A DNA stretch of 64,000 bases from the human T2T-CHM13v2.0 reference genome, Homo sapiens, in NCBI RefSeq assembly GCF_009914755.1, contig NC_060946.1; one strand, written 5' to 3'. A program made the translations under genes and the position numbers. Under the pieces are notes generated by a model. That model searched no databases. It was not told where the DNA came from and saw only the letters and a program-made list of their open reading frames with translations. The stretch's first letter is position 1; each line of letters begins with the position of its first letter. Shown piece after piece: positions 1 through 27,520 of the stretch.

Positions 1-424
1 ACCACCATGCCCAGCTAATTTTTGTTCTTGTTTTTGAGACAGAGCCTTGCTCTGTTGCCCAGGCTGGGGAGTGCAGTTATGCGATCTCGGCTCTCTGCAA
101 CCTCCATCTCCCGGGTTCAAGCAATTTTGGCTAATTTTTGTACTTTTAGTAGAGACTGGGTTTCTCCATGTTGGTCAGGCTGGTCTCGAACTCCCGACCT
201 CAGGTGATCCACCCATCTCAGCCTCTCAAAGTGCTGGGATTATAGGCATAAGCCATTGCGCCCATCCTGTAACGTCTTAAATTTCCACTACAAAGGTTCC
301 AGTTCATCCACATCCTTGCTAACATTTGTTATTTTACTTTTTTTTTGTTTTTACGTTACAGCCATTCTAGTTGGTATGTAGTGCTGTCTCATTGTGGTTT
401 TGATTTCTGTTTTCTTCATACTAA

Positions 425-697
<273 letters not shown>

Positions 698-1226
698 TGA
701 TCTGTCCGCCTCAGCCTACCAAAGTGCTGGGATTACAGGCTTGAGCCACTGTGCCTGGCCTGATGCACTAAAGTTTTAAATTTTTTAATTTAATTTTTAT
801 TTTTAGAGAAGGGGTCTTGCTCTGTCATCCAGGCTGGAGTGCAGTGGCTCAATAATGGCTCTCTGCAGCCCCAGACTCCTGGGCTCAAGCAGTCTTCCCA
901 AGTAGCTGGCACTATAGGCACATGCTGCAACCCCCAGCTAATTTTAATTATTTTTTCTGTAGAGATGGAGTCTTGCTGTGTTGCCCAGGCTAGTCTTGAA
1001 CTCCCAGGCTCAAGTGGTCCTCCTGGCTTAGCCTCTGAAAGCTCTGGGATTTACAGATGTGAGCCATCACACCTGGCCTTAAATTTTTAATAAAGAAGTC
1101 CAATTTATCTATTTTTAATTTTGTTGCCTATACTTTGGTTTGATTTTTAAGACACTGTTGCCAAATCCAAGGTCATGCAAATTTTCCTGAGTTTTCTTCT
1201 AAGAGTTTTATAGTTTTAGCTCTTAA

Positions 1227-1406
<180 letters not shown>

Positions 1407-2199
1407 TGAAGGCATGAGCCACCACGCCCAGCTAATTTTTGTATTTTTTTTTTTTTTTTTGTAGAGATGGGGTTTTGCCATATTGCACAGGCTGGTCTTG
1501 AACTCCTAGACTCAAGTGATCCGCCTGCCTTAGCCTCCCAAAGTGCTGGGATTACACCACTATGCCCTGCCTCATTTCTTATTTTAATAATATGAGTCTT
1601 TTCTCTTTTTCCTTTTATCAGTCTAGCTAAAGTTTTTTCAATTTTGTTGATCTCTTCAAGGAAGGTTTCATTAATGTGTGTGTGTGTGTTTTTCATTTAT
1701 CTCCTCTGTGCTTACTATTTACTTCTTTCTTGTGTTATTACTTTCTTTGTTCCTTAAAATATCCAGTTAGATTATTGATTTCAGACTTGCTTTTTCAATG
1801 TAGGTATTTAAAGCTGTAGATTCCCTTTGAGCACTACTTTTGCTGCATAACTTAAGTTTTGGTATGTCATTTTTTTTTCTGAGGATATTTTCTAATTTCC
1901 CTTGTGATTTCTTCTTTGACCCATTGCTTGTTAGAGAGTACGTTTAATTTCCCCATAATTGTGAGTTTTCTAGTTCTGTTATTGATTTCTAGTTCCCTTT
2001 CCTTCTCCCTTTCCCTTTCCTTTTTTTTTTTTTTTTTTAAATAAATAGAGATGGGGGCTGGGTGCAGTGGCTCACACCTATATTCCCAGCATGTTGGGAG
2101 GCTGGGGTGGAAGGATCGATTGAGCCTAGGAGTTCAAAACCAGCTTGGGCAATATAGCAGGACCCCGTCTCTATTTTATTAAAATAATAATAATAATAA

Positions 2200-2499
<300 letters not shown>

Positions 2500-3629
2500 T
2501 AGTAGACACAGGGTTTCGCCATGTTGGCCAGGCTGGTCTTGAACTCCTGGCCTCTTTCACCTTTTTGCAGTTACATTTGTAGTTAGACCTCTCACCTTCT
2601 TTCTGCAAGCTTATTTGCACAGCAGTTGCTCCTAAAATCCACGCCCTCCGGATGCCTCATTCCTCCTTTCTGCATTGCCCCTCTGGCCTTTGATGGGAGC
2701 TGCATCCTGCCTCCCTGGGCTCAGCACTTGCCTGTAATTGTCAGTTCTTTTCTGCTTCCTGCTAATTGTGCCACTCTGCCTTCTCTCTCCCCTACTTCCG
2801 TCTCCTGTAGCTGTAATGGTTGAGACCAATGAGGGCAGCCCTGTTTTCTGAGGGCACACTGGAGTTGTTTTGGGGAGAAAGAGTATCCCCCTACATTGAT
2901 GGGGCTGTTGAGCTCCTATCACAGCCAGACACAAGGTTCTATGGACAGAGGCCACAGAGAAGCCACCCTCCTGGAATCCATGGTCTCTTAAGCACTGAGT
3001 GTGGCTCCACCTGCAAGGCACTTAAGACCAAACAGAAGCAGGGCAGCGGTGGGTGGGAGGGTGACAATATCTGGACTGCATAGTGGAAGGCAGTGTGAGC
3101 AGAAACTATGAAAAAATATAGGCAGTGTGAGGACATATGTGTAGTTTGCATAGATGTACAGAAATTAAGGCCTTTGAGAGCACCATGTATGCACAGAGAA
3201 CGTTCTTGGGCTGTGCAGCAGAGGCCTGACGGCATCCTGGGGAATGGGGTGTCTGGTGGGATTTTTTGTTTGTTTTGTTTTTTTCACTTCTATTTTTGGT
3301 GTGAGTGCTGTATTTTTTCCATTCTTGGGAGAAAAGTGAATTATGTATGAGAAGTACTCATGGCTATTTGAGCCCAAAAGGAAGGAATGGTCTTTGTCAA
3401 ATTCGGTTAATGGAGATTGTGATTTTAATTGTAGATACAATTCAGAAGGTAGTTTATGAACATTATGAAATGAAAGATTGGAAAACCAGTTCTAAAATAC
3501 TTATTCCTGGCCGGGCGCGGTGGCTCATGCCAGTAATCCCAGCACTTTGGGAGGCCGAGGCAAGTGGATCACCTGAGGTCAGGAGTTTGAGACCAGCCTG
3601 TCCAATGTGGCAAAACCCCGTCTCTACTA

Positions 3630-4209
<580 letters not shown>

Positions 4210-4429
4210 TTATGAAAAATCCCCAAAACCAAGTTGTTGAAAACAGTACAAAGAAGTCATCTTCAGAAACCAATATTAGAACAAGATGAATCTCATGTGG
4301 CAGATTTTTTGATTCAAATAACCAAAAAGCCTGTTTTCAGAAGAGACAATAAATACTTAAAGGCAAGGAGGGACGTGGTGGCTGACACCTGTAATCCCAG
4401 CACTTTGTGGGGCTGAGGAGGGTGGATCA

Positions 4430-4645
<216 letters not shown>

Positions 4646-4765
4646 TCAAAGAAAAATCAATCAATCAATCAATCATACTTAAAGGCAATTTACAAAGTTA
4701 AGTTCTTGTGACTTTCGAACATGGAGTAAGGACATATTCCATGTTCAGAAGTCACAAGAACTTAA

Positions 4766-5136
<371 letters not shown>

Positions 5137-5287
5137 TGAGAGCATAGAAACCAGCCTGGGGCAGGGCCAGGCACGGTGGCTCACTCACGCCTGTAATCCC
5201 AGCACTTTGGGAGGCTGAGGCAGGCGGGTCACGAGGTCAGGAGATCGAGACCATCCTGGCTAACACGGTGAAACCCTGTCTCTACTA

Positions 5288-5629
<342 letters not shown>

Positions 5630-6194
5630 TTAGCCACAGGGAAAGGATGCTGCTGTGGAGTCGCCACCAAGCTAGGCAGAAGTGACAACAGTGCACAGGA
5701 CCCTTCAGTCCATCTGAAGCCTGGCATGAAGAAGGAGCAGCATGCTAGTTAGATCCAAACTAGGATCCAGCTCTTCAGGTCAGCCATGAGTCCTGTCTGT
5801 GGTGTCCTACAGCCAGCTAGGAACACACCACAAGGACGTGCCATGTAGCAGCAGTCCAAGTCAGACAACCAGAAGACACCTTGACTTCCTCTGTGGCTGC
5901 CAGAGAGCTGTATGGTGGTCTTCCCTGCTTCACAGCAGTGACATGAAACGGTGACTTCTGTGGGATGAAGGACTCTGGGTCTTTACTTGGGAAGGGAAAA
6001 CATGAAGTGGAATGGGGTTTTAGGATTCTTGAAAGGTTGCCATGGGAAAGGAAGATTAGATTTGACCACAGGGTTAGAGCTAGGACAAGTGGGTGAAAGA
6101 CCCCAGATAGTTCGGTGCCATATGGCAAAGAGCTTCCTCTTAGTCTTAGCTGCCACAAAATGGCTTTGTGCCATGGGAGGTTGATATCAAGAGC

Positions 6195-6540
6195 TGTGAA
6201 GGATCTGAGATTTTTACCCTACTTGCAGCCTGAAAAGGTGTCCTGCCAATTTATTGGATGTTGGTGGAAGACTCGAGAAAAGGGCCAGTTCCCCTCGTCC
6301 CCGCATCCCACAAAGGTGATGAGGATGGGCCCAGATGGATACCTGCAGATGTGGGGGGTTGTGTTCCGGGACAGGAAGGCTGAGTTTAGGGGAGGTCTCA
6401 GGCCAGTCACTCAATCGTACTTCACTTGCTCCATTTCCAAATGCAAGTGATGGCAGCACTGGCTTCCCAGGGTTGGTGTTAGGGGACCAGGAGGGGCGGA
6501 ATATGGGCTGGAGATGGCACGGAAAAGCACCTGGCATCTA
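6195..6540. mobile_element. Probable ERV-type LTR fragment (MER21/MER77-like; subfamily uncertain)
   Basis: TGTGAAGGATCTGAGATTTTTACCCTACTTGCA resembles an LTR terminus I recall; identified by eye only. Confidence 0.35.
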
Positions 6541-6711
6541 AGTACTTGAGAAACTTTGGTCAAATTTTTTTAAATTGGCTTTCCCAGGTTGAAATGATCA
6601 ACTCTTATTTACATGCATGCATTATAATGACTAGAAGCAAATACAGGAAAATGTTAGCCATACTATATATAAAAGAAAATCCACTTTAAAACCGGTATCT
6701 TTCTTTCTTTA

Positions 6712-7100
<389 letters not shown>

Positions 7101-8965
7101 TCATGAGGTCAGGAGATCGAAACCATCCTGGTTAACACGGTGAAACCCCGTCTCTACTAAAAACACAAAAAATTAGCCGGGTGTGGTGGTGGGTGCCTGT
7201 AGTCCTAGCTACTCGGGAGGCTGAGGCAGGAGAATGATATGAGAGGCAGAGCTTGCAGTGAGCCGAGATTGCGCCACTGCACTCCAGCCTGGGCGACAGA
7301 GCCAGACTCTGTCTCAAAAAAAAAAAGACAAGTGGATAAAAAGTCTGTCCTAGAATTTAGACATGGATTGAAAAGGTGTTTTTTGATTTTTTTTTTTTTT
7401 TTTTTTTTCTGAGACAGGGTCTCACTCTTGCCGAGGCTGGAATGCAGTGGTGTAATCATAGCTCACTGCAGCCTCAAACTCCTGGGCTTAAGCAATCCTC
7501 CCACCTCGGCCTTCCAAAGTGCTGGAGTTTAAGTTTTTGAACTAGTTTAGAGTGTGTAAAATTATCATAAGGAATTAATTTACATCTCAAATGACTTCCT
7601 CAATACAGCAGTATGAGCTTAGGGAGCACAAGACAGTCAAAGGCAGGCATAACAGAAAAACACTAGTCGTGTTCATGTGAAGATAATGCTGAAATCAGCT
7701 GGGCGTAGTGGCTCACGCCTGTAATCCTAGCACTTTGGGAGGCTGACTTGGGTGGATTTTTGAGCTCAGGAGTTCAAGACCATCCTGGGCAACACGGTGA
7801 AACCCCGTCTCTACTAAAATACAAAAAATTAGCCGGACGTGGCAGCCTGCGCCTGTAATCCCAGCTACTTGGGAGGCTGAGAGACAGGACAATCGTTTGA
7901 ACCCGGGAGGCGGAGGTTGCAGTGCTGAGATCCCACCATTACACTCCAGCCTGGGCAAGCGTGAGACTCTATCTCTAAATAAATAGATAATGCTAAAATC
8001 TTTGGTTTATTTGACATTGAAATGTTGCAGCTTAAGTTGGAGGCAAATTTTCTGCAATGTTTTATAATATATATATTTTTTACAACAAAACCATGTTTTT
8101 TCATTAACATCCCTTGTTATTTCTGAGTGGCCTTCCCAAAGGGCAAGTTTAGCTCTAATGTTGAAATTCACTTGTAGAGCTGTAGGCCTTTACCCGGAAG
8201 GTATATCTTATGTTTTAATTTTTGCATGCCTCTTTCACCAAAAATCTCTGGGACAGGCACATAGTTTGTGTGACTTATGCACACCTGAGCCACTCCTTTG
8301 ACCATCCACAGATCCCCAGACTAGGAAAGAGGCCCAGAGAAGTTCAGATGAGTTTGGCCAAGTTCCCTGGGTGGTGAGAGGCCTGGCCTGCCTCATGTAG
8401 TAACAGAACTGCTTCTTTTTTTTCCTTCCTCTTTTTGGAAGAAAAAAGAGGCAGGATCTCACTGTCTTGTCCAGGCTGGAAGGCAGTGGCGTGATCATGG
8501 CTCACTACAGCCTTAACAACTAACAACTTAAAACTATAGCCTCAAGCAGTCCTCCTACCTCAGCCTCCTGAGTGGCTGGGACTACAGGTGTGCACCAGCA
8601 GCACGCACAGCTAATTTAAAAAAATTGTTAGCAACAAAGTGAGATCCTGTCTTTACAAAAGGACTTGTTTTTGTTTTGTTTTGTTTTTTTGAGAGAACAC
8701 CTTGCTCTATCGCCTAGGCAGGAGTGCAGTGGTGCAGTCTTGGCTCACTGCAGCGGTGTGATCTTGGCTCACTGCAGCCGGTGCCTCCTGGGTTCAACCA
8801 GTTCTCATGCCTCAGCCTCCTGAGTAGATGTGATTACAGGTGCGTGCCACCACGCCCAGCTAATTTTTTGTATTTTTAGTAGAGACAGAGTTTCACCGTG
8901 TTAGCCAGGATGGTCTCGATCTCCTGATCTCGTGATCCACCTGCCTCGGCCTTTTTTTAGTATAG

Positions 8966-9336
<371 letters not shown>

Positions 9337-9736
9337 TAGAGGTGTGATCATGGCTCACTGCAGCCTCAGCCTCCTGGGCTCTTGTGATCCTCCTGCCTTA
9401 GCCTCCCAAAGTGTTGGGATTACGGGCATGAGCCACTGCACCCAGCCAAATCTGCTTCTCTTGAGCTTTGCCCATGTGTCAGGCATGTAGGACTTTATAG
9501 TCCTTATCTCTCATCATAAACTCTGGGTACAGGCTGTTGCTACTCCCATTTTACAGATGTACAGGAACATTCTCAGACTCTTTAAGCTAGGAAGAGGCAA
9601 AGTCTGAGGCTAGACCTGCTAACTTGGGGCCAGATGGCCTCATTCATGCTTCACCCCAGCTCCTCGGACAGGACCTGGCCCACAGTGGGGAACAGGGGAG
9701 GTTGGTCAGTCCTGGACAATCAGTGAAGACCTTTAG

Positions 9737-10024
<288 letters not shown>

Positions 10025-10164
10025 TAATTCTCCTCTTGAAAACTAAAAGCTGGCTGGGTATGGTGCATCACTCCTATAATCCCAGCACTCCAGCACTTTG
10101 GGAGGATCACTTGAACTCAGGAGTTTGAGGCCAGCCTGGACAACATAGTGAGACGCCATCACTA

Positions 10165-10431
<267 letters not shown>

Positions 10432-10690
10432 CTATTCCTTCCAAGTCCCTGCCATCTAGTCTTTAGTCCTCTCTGCCTGGGAGGCCTCTTCCACTCCTCA
10501 GCCTTATGTCATCTTATCCATCCTTTAAGGCCCTTGCTCCATGCCTCCCCTCCCAGGGCAGGGCTTGGATGTAGGAGAATGTGGAGAACTGGCGCACGCC
10601 AGCCTTGCTCCCCAGCAGAGGAGCTCTGTTTACTGGAGTGCGTACTTAGGCCACGGCTTGAAGATATGGGGCTGGGGTGTAGGGCTGTCA

Positions 10691-11188
<498 letters not shown>

Positions 11189-11479
11189 TCAGGCTCCTGG
11201 GGCCATCAGAGTGTCCAGGCCCCAAAGGTGGTTTTCGGGTGGTTCTAGGGGCAAGGGGCTAGGGCATGGTGCTGGCCCTGCCTGGTGATCACCTGTTGAG
11301 TGACCAGCTCAGGTCCCCAGGGTCCAGCCATTGAGCTGACTACTGTTTCTACCCTGGGAAGATTGAGCTGGCCAGGACTTGGCATCAAGGCAGTTATTTG
11401 GACTTCTAGTACTCACAGTGTATTCTGGTTGGGTTGTAACTTACCTCTGGTACAACTCTACTTGTATCTTCAGAAAAGA

Positions 11480-14110
<2,631 letters not shown>

Positions 14111-14335
14111 TGAAGAGACCAGGACATCAATCTCAAGCCCCTTCTCAGTTTAGCAGATAGCTTGCTCTAGAAATACTTTTGGGTGGCTGGGTTGTCCTGA
14201 AGGTGGCAGGGCTTCAGTTGATACTTGAATCCCTTGAAATAAATTGATTTTTCAGATAAACAATTAAAACATTCCTGTCTTGGCCATAGGTTTATGAACC
14301 ATGGTGTGTTCATTTTGATCTCTCTTTCCTTCCAG

Positions 14336-14522
14336 GACAACCCTCCATATGATAAGGGAGCCTTCAGAATCGAAATCAACTTTCCAGCAGAGTACCCATT
14401 CAAACCACCGAAGATCACATTTAAAACAAAGATCTATCACCCAAACATCGACGAAAAGGGGCAGGTCTGTCTGCCAGTAATTAGTGCCGAAAACTGGAAG
14501 CCAGCAACCAAAACCGACCAAG
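14336..14522 (+). CDS. UBE2L3: UBE2L3 (UbcH7) penultimate coding exon, codons 42-104, with HPN motif and catalytic Cys86
   Basis: ttccag|GACAAC...CAAG|gtaaga; 187 nt; [62 protein letters not shown]; Cys codon TGT at 14468-14470. Confidence 0.99.
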
Positions 14523-15675
14523 GTAAGACATGTGCCTGTGTCTTCCTCGGAGGGGGTCTTTGGGGGTGCTGCTCTGGGGTGGGGGCTTCTGGTACCAGAT
14601 CAGACAGAATCCAGAGAATCTTTCAGGTACACGAAAAATGTAGCTGAGGTCCTGTCAGACCTTGTGGGAATGGCTCATCTCAGCTGAACTTTTGACCTGT
14701 ATAGGGTTTGAGGAGGCCTTTCCAGTGCTCAGCCCTGGGCTGCCATCCACAGTGGGAACACACATGGACAGACAAGCCCAGTGGCTTGCTGCTGGTGCAG
14801 AGAGGTGCAGGCACTGGTCCCTGGAAGGGATGAAGGACTGTGGGGCTGCCTACAAGGGGAAGGGAGAGTGGGATTTAAGGTGGCCTCATGCAGTAGTTAG
14901 TGCCTGAACTCAGACTTGAAGGAGGAAAGGAGGTTGGAGAGGGCCTTCCAGGCTATAGGAAGGGCATGGGCTAGAGCCTAGTTGCTCGGGTGATGTGAGG
15001 GGAGGGACAGAGGCAGATGTAAGGGCAGTATTCCCAGATGAAGGCACGTAGTTGGCTTTAGTGGGCCTGGGATTCCCTGGAGTTGGATGTGGCTGTGCGT
15101 GGTGCACATGTCTGTGTGTGGCTGTGTGAACATAAACATGCTCATTCTTCTGGGAAGAATATTTGAGTCAGTATTGTGGTTGTCCTCCCTTTTGTCCCCT
15201 AGAAGTGACTAGTTTGTTATGGACTGTGTCTGGTTTTCATTTAATTCTAGACTTTCTTTTGAAGTCCTAATCTCATATTTTGATGGCTTCCTTTTAAGTA
15301 CCTAAACCAGTATAAAGTCTGTTTAGATTAGAGTGGATGAAGCTGGCACTTGAGAGGCTGCAAGTGGAGGGTTTCTTTTAGGGGTGCTGCTCTAGGGTAG
15401 GGGCTCATGGGTCCTTCCTGATGCCAGATCAGACGGAGTCCAGAGAACTCCTACCTTACCAGGTGCACGCAAAGTATGGCTGAGGTGCCACCAGTCCCTG
15501 TGGGAATAACTCAGCTGAACTTTTGACCTGCACAGGGATTGAGGAGGTCCCTTGTTTTAGTGATTGAAAAAAGCCTTGGAAGGTGGAGTTCAAAGCCTTG
15601 CGCAAGAAAAATCAAGCCTCACTTGTTGGAAGTAATCACCATGAAAGGTGCCCATTAGACTCCCACACTGAGTAG

Positions 15676-16415
<740 letters not shown>

Positions 16416-17079
16416 GCCTGGTTTTTTTCTGTACAGATTCCTAGCACTGTCGAAAACCTATAGCTGCATTTGATCAAGAGTGTTCAGTAATTCCTGGAGT
16501 CCTTGCCGAGTCATGTCTGTTAACCCATCGTGCCTGGGGAGTGGCAGTCCTTCCAGGCCAGGTTGCCCAGGAAAGCCCTGCACCTCAGGTTCTGGCCACA
16601 AAGAGTTCTGAGGCTCCTCCCTTACCTGTAGACTGAGAGGGTGGGGCTAGGGCCAGGGAGGCTCTCAGGAGATGGATGCACGTGCTTTGCCACCTCTCAT
16701 GGGGCTGCTGCATAGAAGGCCGTGGCAGGGTTATTCACTTTTTACCTTCCTATCCAGGTGCACTGCCAAAATGCTCTGCTTTTTCAGACTGTGGCTGCTT
16801 CTCCCCCACCCCCAAGAGCCAAATAACTTAGGGGCAGCTTTTAATTTTTTTTTGTAAAAAGTACTGTTGACTTGGGATTTTTAAGGTAAAAATTTTGGTA
16901 CAGGAGCTATTCTGTGTGCCATGATGGACAGAACTGGAATTGCTATTTTGTGATTTGGGACAGTTGAGGATTCCTTCCTAGAACATTATTATGTAGATTG
17001 TTTGTGGCATGGCCTTGATCCCCATCCTCACATACATCAAGAATGTTGTTCCTTGCACTTGACGGCCACATTCCCATGT

Positions 17080-17490
17080 TTGTTATCTATTACTGCATTA
17101 TAACCCCTATCAAAACTTTGTGGCTTAAAGTAATACCAGTTTATTAGTTTTTACTCTGGAGGTTGGCTGGGCTTAGCTACATGGTTCTACAGCTGACTGT
17201 TCATTCCTGGGGTCACTCATGCAGCTGTATTGAGGTGGGAACTCAACTTGGCTGGGAAGAGCTGGTAGGCATAGTGCACATGTGCGGAAATGGTATTAGC
17301 TAAGGCACTTCGGTTCTCTTTGTGTTCTCTTATTTTCCACAAGGCTACATTGGACCCCTTCATAGCATGGTGGTCTCAGGGTTCCAGGGTGAAGGCATAG
17401 AACTGGTACGGTGTCACTTCTGTGGATTCTTTTGGTCAGGCAAGTCCAGATTTAATGAGAGGGAAAATAGACTTCAGCTCTTGATGGGAG
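17080..17490. mobile_element. MaLR LTR remnant (older MLT1 family)
   Basis: TTATCTATTACTGCATTATAACCCC...AAAACTTTGTGGCTTAAA...CATAGCATGGTGGTCTCAGGGTTCC. Confidence 0.55.
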
Positions 17491-17784
17491 GAGTATGCAG
17501 GATGGGAGACATGATGGCAGAGGTGGGACAGGCAGGCAAGGTTGCTGAGTCCCCTTGCTGCCTCCTCAGGCCCACTTGGGCCTGCTTTTCCCAAATGGCA
17601 GCTCCTCTGGACATGCCATTCCTTCTCCCACCTGCCTGATTCTTCATATGTTGGGTGTCCCTGTTTTTCTGGTGCTATTTCCTGACTGCTGTTCAGCTGC
17701 CACTGTCCTGCAAAGCCTGCCTTTTTAAATGCCTCACCATTCCTTCATTTGTTTCTTAAATATGGGAAGTGAAAGTGCCACCTG

Positions 17785-19716
<1,932 letters not shown>

Positions 19717-19844
19717 ATATGGGATGCTCAGACTAGGGTGGATCCATTGAGACAAAGTAGATTAGTGATTGTCAGGGTCTAGGAGGAGGAGAATAGGAAG
19801 TGACTACTGAGAGTGGGTTTTCTTTTTGGGGGATGAAAATGTTC

Positions 19845-24650
<4,806 letters not shown>

Positions 24651-24998
24651 CTCCTCCCCAACCCCCCGCCAAGAAAAAAGGGCTGGGAGTGACTGAGGGC
24701 TAAGACCTCCCCAGGTGTTAGGTCAGGAAGGCTTCCTGGAGGCGGAAGCACATCACTGTGAACAATTATCCACTGTAGTGTTAGCTATTTGTTGTCCATC
24801 AGTGTCTTCTAATCACAGAGGAAAGATGAGTTTTCTGGCAGTCAGAATTTTGGATAAATAGGAGGCAGCTTTGGCTTAAAAGCACATTAGCTGTAAATCA
24901 GTTGTAAAGCCAGAGTTTTGTTCCCGGATTAGCTGCCTCTTGCCTGTGCCATTTCTGAGACTGTGTTAACCCCCCATGCCTTGTCCTTCTCTTGGCAG

Positions 24999-25153
24999 TA
25001 ATCCAGTCCCTCATAGCACTGGTGAATGACCCCCAGCCTGAGCACCCGCTTCGGGCTGACCTAGCTGAAGAATACTCTAAGGACCGTAAAAAATTCTGTA
25101 AGAATGCTGAAGAGTTTACAAAGAAATATGGGGAAAAGCGACCTGTGGACTAA
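24999..25153 (+). CDS. UBE2L3: UBE2L3 last coding exon, codons 104-154 plus stop
   Basis: ttggcag|TAATCCAG; phase matches the preceding exon; [51 protein letters not shown]. Confidence 0.99.
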
Positions 25154-27520
25154 AATCTGCCACGATTGGTTCCAGCAAGTGTGAGCAGAGACCCCGTGCA
25201 GTGCATTCAGACACCCCGCAAAGCAGGACTCTGTGGAAATTGACACGTGCCACCGCCTGGCGTTCGCTTGTGGCAGTTACTAACTTTCTACAGTTTTCTT
25301 AATCAAAAGTGGTCTAGGTAACCTGTAAAGAAAGGATTAAAAATTTAAGATGTTCTAGTTCTGCTCTCTTTGTTTTAAAAATCACTGCTTCAATCTACTT
25401 CAAAAGAATGGTGTTTCTTTTCTTGTCCAATTTTATCCAAAATCTTCAAGTTACATTTAACCCATAAGGTTTAAAAAAAAGGAAAAAAAACGGTTGTGGT
25501 TCCCTTTCTTCCCTACCCTTGCCACTCCCACTTTCTGGCACCGAGTTTATTTTTCACTTACTTACTTCCCCAGACCCCGGGCTCGCCTCCACAAAGGAGA
25601 AGAGACTGCCCTGGCGGTCCTGGTGGCTTTTCTTAGCATGTGTGGCACTGTTGCCCAGTGTGGGAGTTGGTTTAAATTCTCCTGACTCCAGTTTATAACA
25701 TCCTTTTAAAAAATTTAAAAACAAACAGCCACACCCCTCCTCCAGTCCTTCTCCTCAGTTCTTGTGTGAAACTCCAGCTGATGTTACCACAGTAACATCA
25801 GTTAATTGGGCAAGCCCTGATGTCAGTGTGTGTAACTGACCTCTGGCCTGGCCTGCACAGAGAAGCCCTATAATCACAGGTCTGTGGTGGCCCCGAAATG
25901 GGGGGCCTGCTAGTCAGGAGGATGCTGTGCACACTGTGTGTGATGAATCTCGCCAGAAAGGCTCCTGAGGTCCCAGGTTGGCACTTCTCCCTGCAGCCAT
26001 TGTAGAAGATCTGCTGGTCCTTGCAGGCAAAGCTACAGCCAGAATGTCCGTTTGAAACTCCTAGCTCATCTGTCACCGAGCTTCATCCGAATGTGCCACG
26101 GAGCTTGCTCTCCACTTCCTCCGTGCGGTGGCCCTGCCACAGCCCTCCCTCGGCACACTTTGACCCTTTGTAGGATTGGAATTAGCAGGACTCGGCTATT
26201 TAAAGCACCAGTCTGGGGTCGCCTGGGCCCCTGCTGACCCCCTCCTCCAGAGCAGCCAGCCCAGCCCGGGAACAAGACGGACTTCCTCTCCCTTCGGACT
26301 CACAGCCTTTGCAGAGTCAAGCTCCACTTGAAGCTCACTCAGTAATATCCTTTCAATGTGTTTTATATTGTTTTGACTGCCTTTTTTTGTAGAAATAAAA
26401 ATTGACCTTAGAATTTATCGTCAGATAAACTTGTAAAGATTTGAATATTAATGTCTTTTCAAGGCAAATGGGATTGTCCCCGCACTAGTAGAGAATCCAT
26501 GTCGCTCTGACACCCCAAGGAAGCCGACGATCCAAATGCCGTGTGTCACCAACCCCGCTTCTGCCACTGGCGGCTTCCCTTCTTGGCTCTTGGGGGGGAC
26601 TAGATCCTGTGGAGAAGATGACTTAAACTTTGCTTTTTGTTTTAATTTTAATTCTATAACTTGAGATCTTTCCGGGGCCTACAGGCGTGTAAGACAGCTT
26701 GGTCTGGTCTGTGCAGAAGTGGGGAGTGATGGGCAGGTTCGGCAGCCTAACATTGTTCAGGCGCATGGCCCCTGCGGTGTGTACACGAACTCGGCTTCTT
26801 TTGTCCTAGGTACGCCAAGGGCAGGTTTCTGGAGACTCCCTTGTGCCCGGGATGGCAAGGGCACCGGGCTGGCGTTTCCACATCTGTCTTCATTAGCAGA
26901 AAAGTGATGATGGATTTTATTTCACTCACACTCCAGTTTGTAATAAAATGCCAAATTCTGTCAGCTATCCAAACAAGCCACCATTTGTTCTTGTTGCTTC
27001 TCTGGATCCAGAAATGTTGCCATTCTTGGAAACTGTCCCATTGCTTCGTATTTCTGCCAACGTAGCTCTGCCTGCCTGTCAACCCCTCACTGCACTCTGC
27101 TCATCACGGGAGGATACCTGTGTGCCGGCAGCCCCTCAGGGACTCTCAGCCCTGGCACTGGCACCCCAGGGTTGGCCCCGTCAGCAGAGGCTTGGCTTTC
27201 GAGCCAGTGGGTGTCTCTCCTTTGGGCCTGGGCGGCTTGCTCCTGCCAGCCATGCCTTCAGGGTAGGCTCTGAGCAAGCTGGCGAACAGCCCTGGCTGCT
27301 CCAAAACCAAAAAGCTGGGTCCTCTGGAGGAGGGGCGAGCTGTGGAGCAGCCACCCACTGCTGCCCCAAGCTCACTCAGGAATTCACACCCGCCTGGTTT
27401 CTTGAAGTGTGCTGGGTCCTTCCCTCTGCTCCCTACTCCCCACCACGGCAGAGAATAGGCTTTCTAAGATGCTGCGATCCCGTTCTGCTGCCCGTAATAA
27501 AAATGCTCTCAGACACTGGT
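25154..27520 (+). other. UBE2L3: UBE2L3 3'UTR (about 2.4 kb, Alu-free)
   Basis: Follows the TAA; ends about 20 nt after AATAAA 27496-27501, followed by a GU-rich tract (GTTAGTCGTGTGGGTTTCTT). Confidence 0.85.
27496..27501 (+). terminator. UBE2L3: UBE2L3 distal poly(A) signal
   Basis: AATAAA with a downstream GU-rich element. Confidence 0.8.

Noticed and set aside
14294-14647. 117-aa ORF containing the UBC active site
   Set aside because: It is UBE2L3 exon 3 plus flanking intron; canonical splice sites bound the real exon
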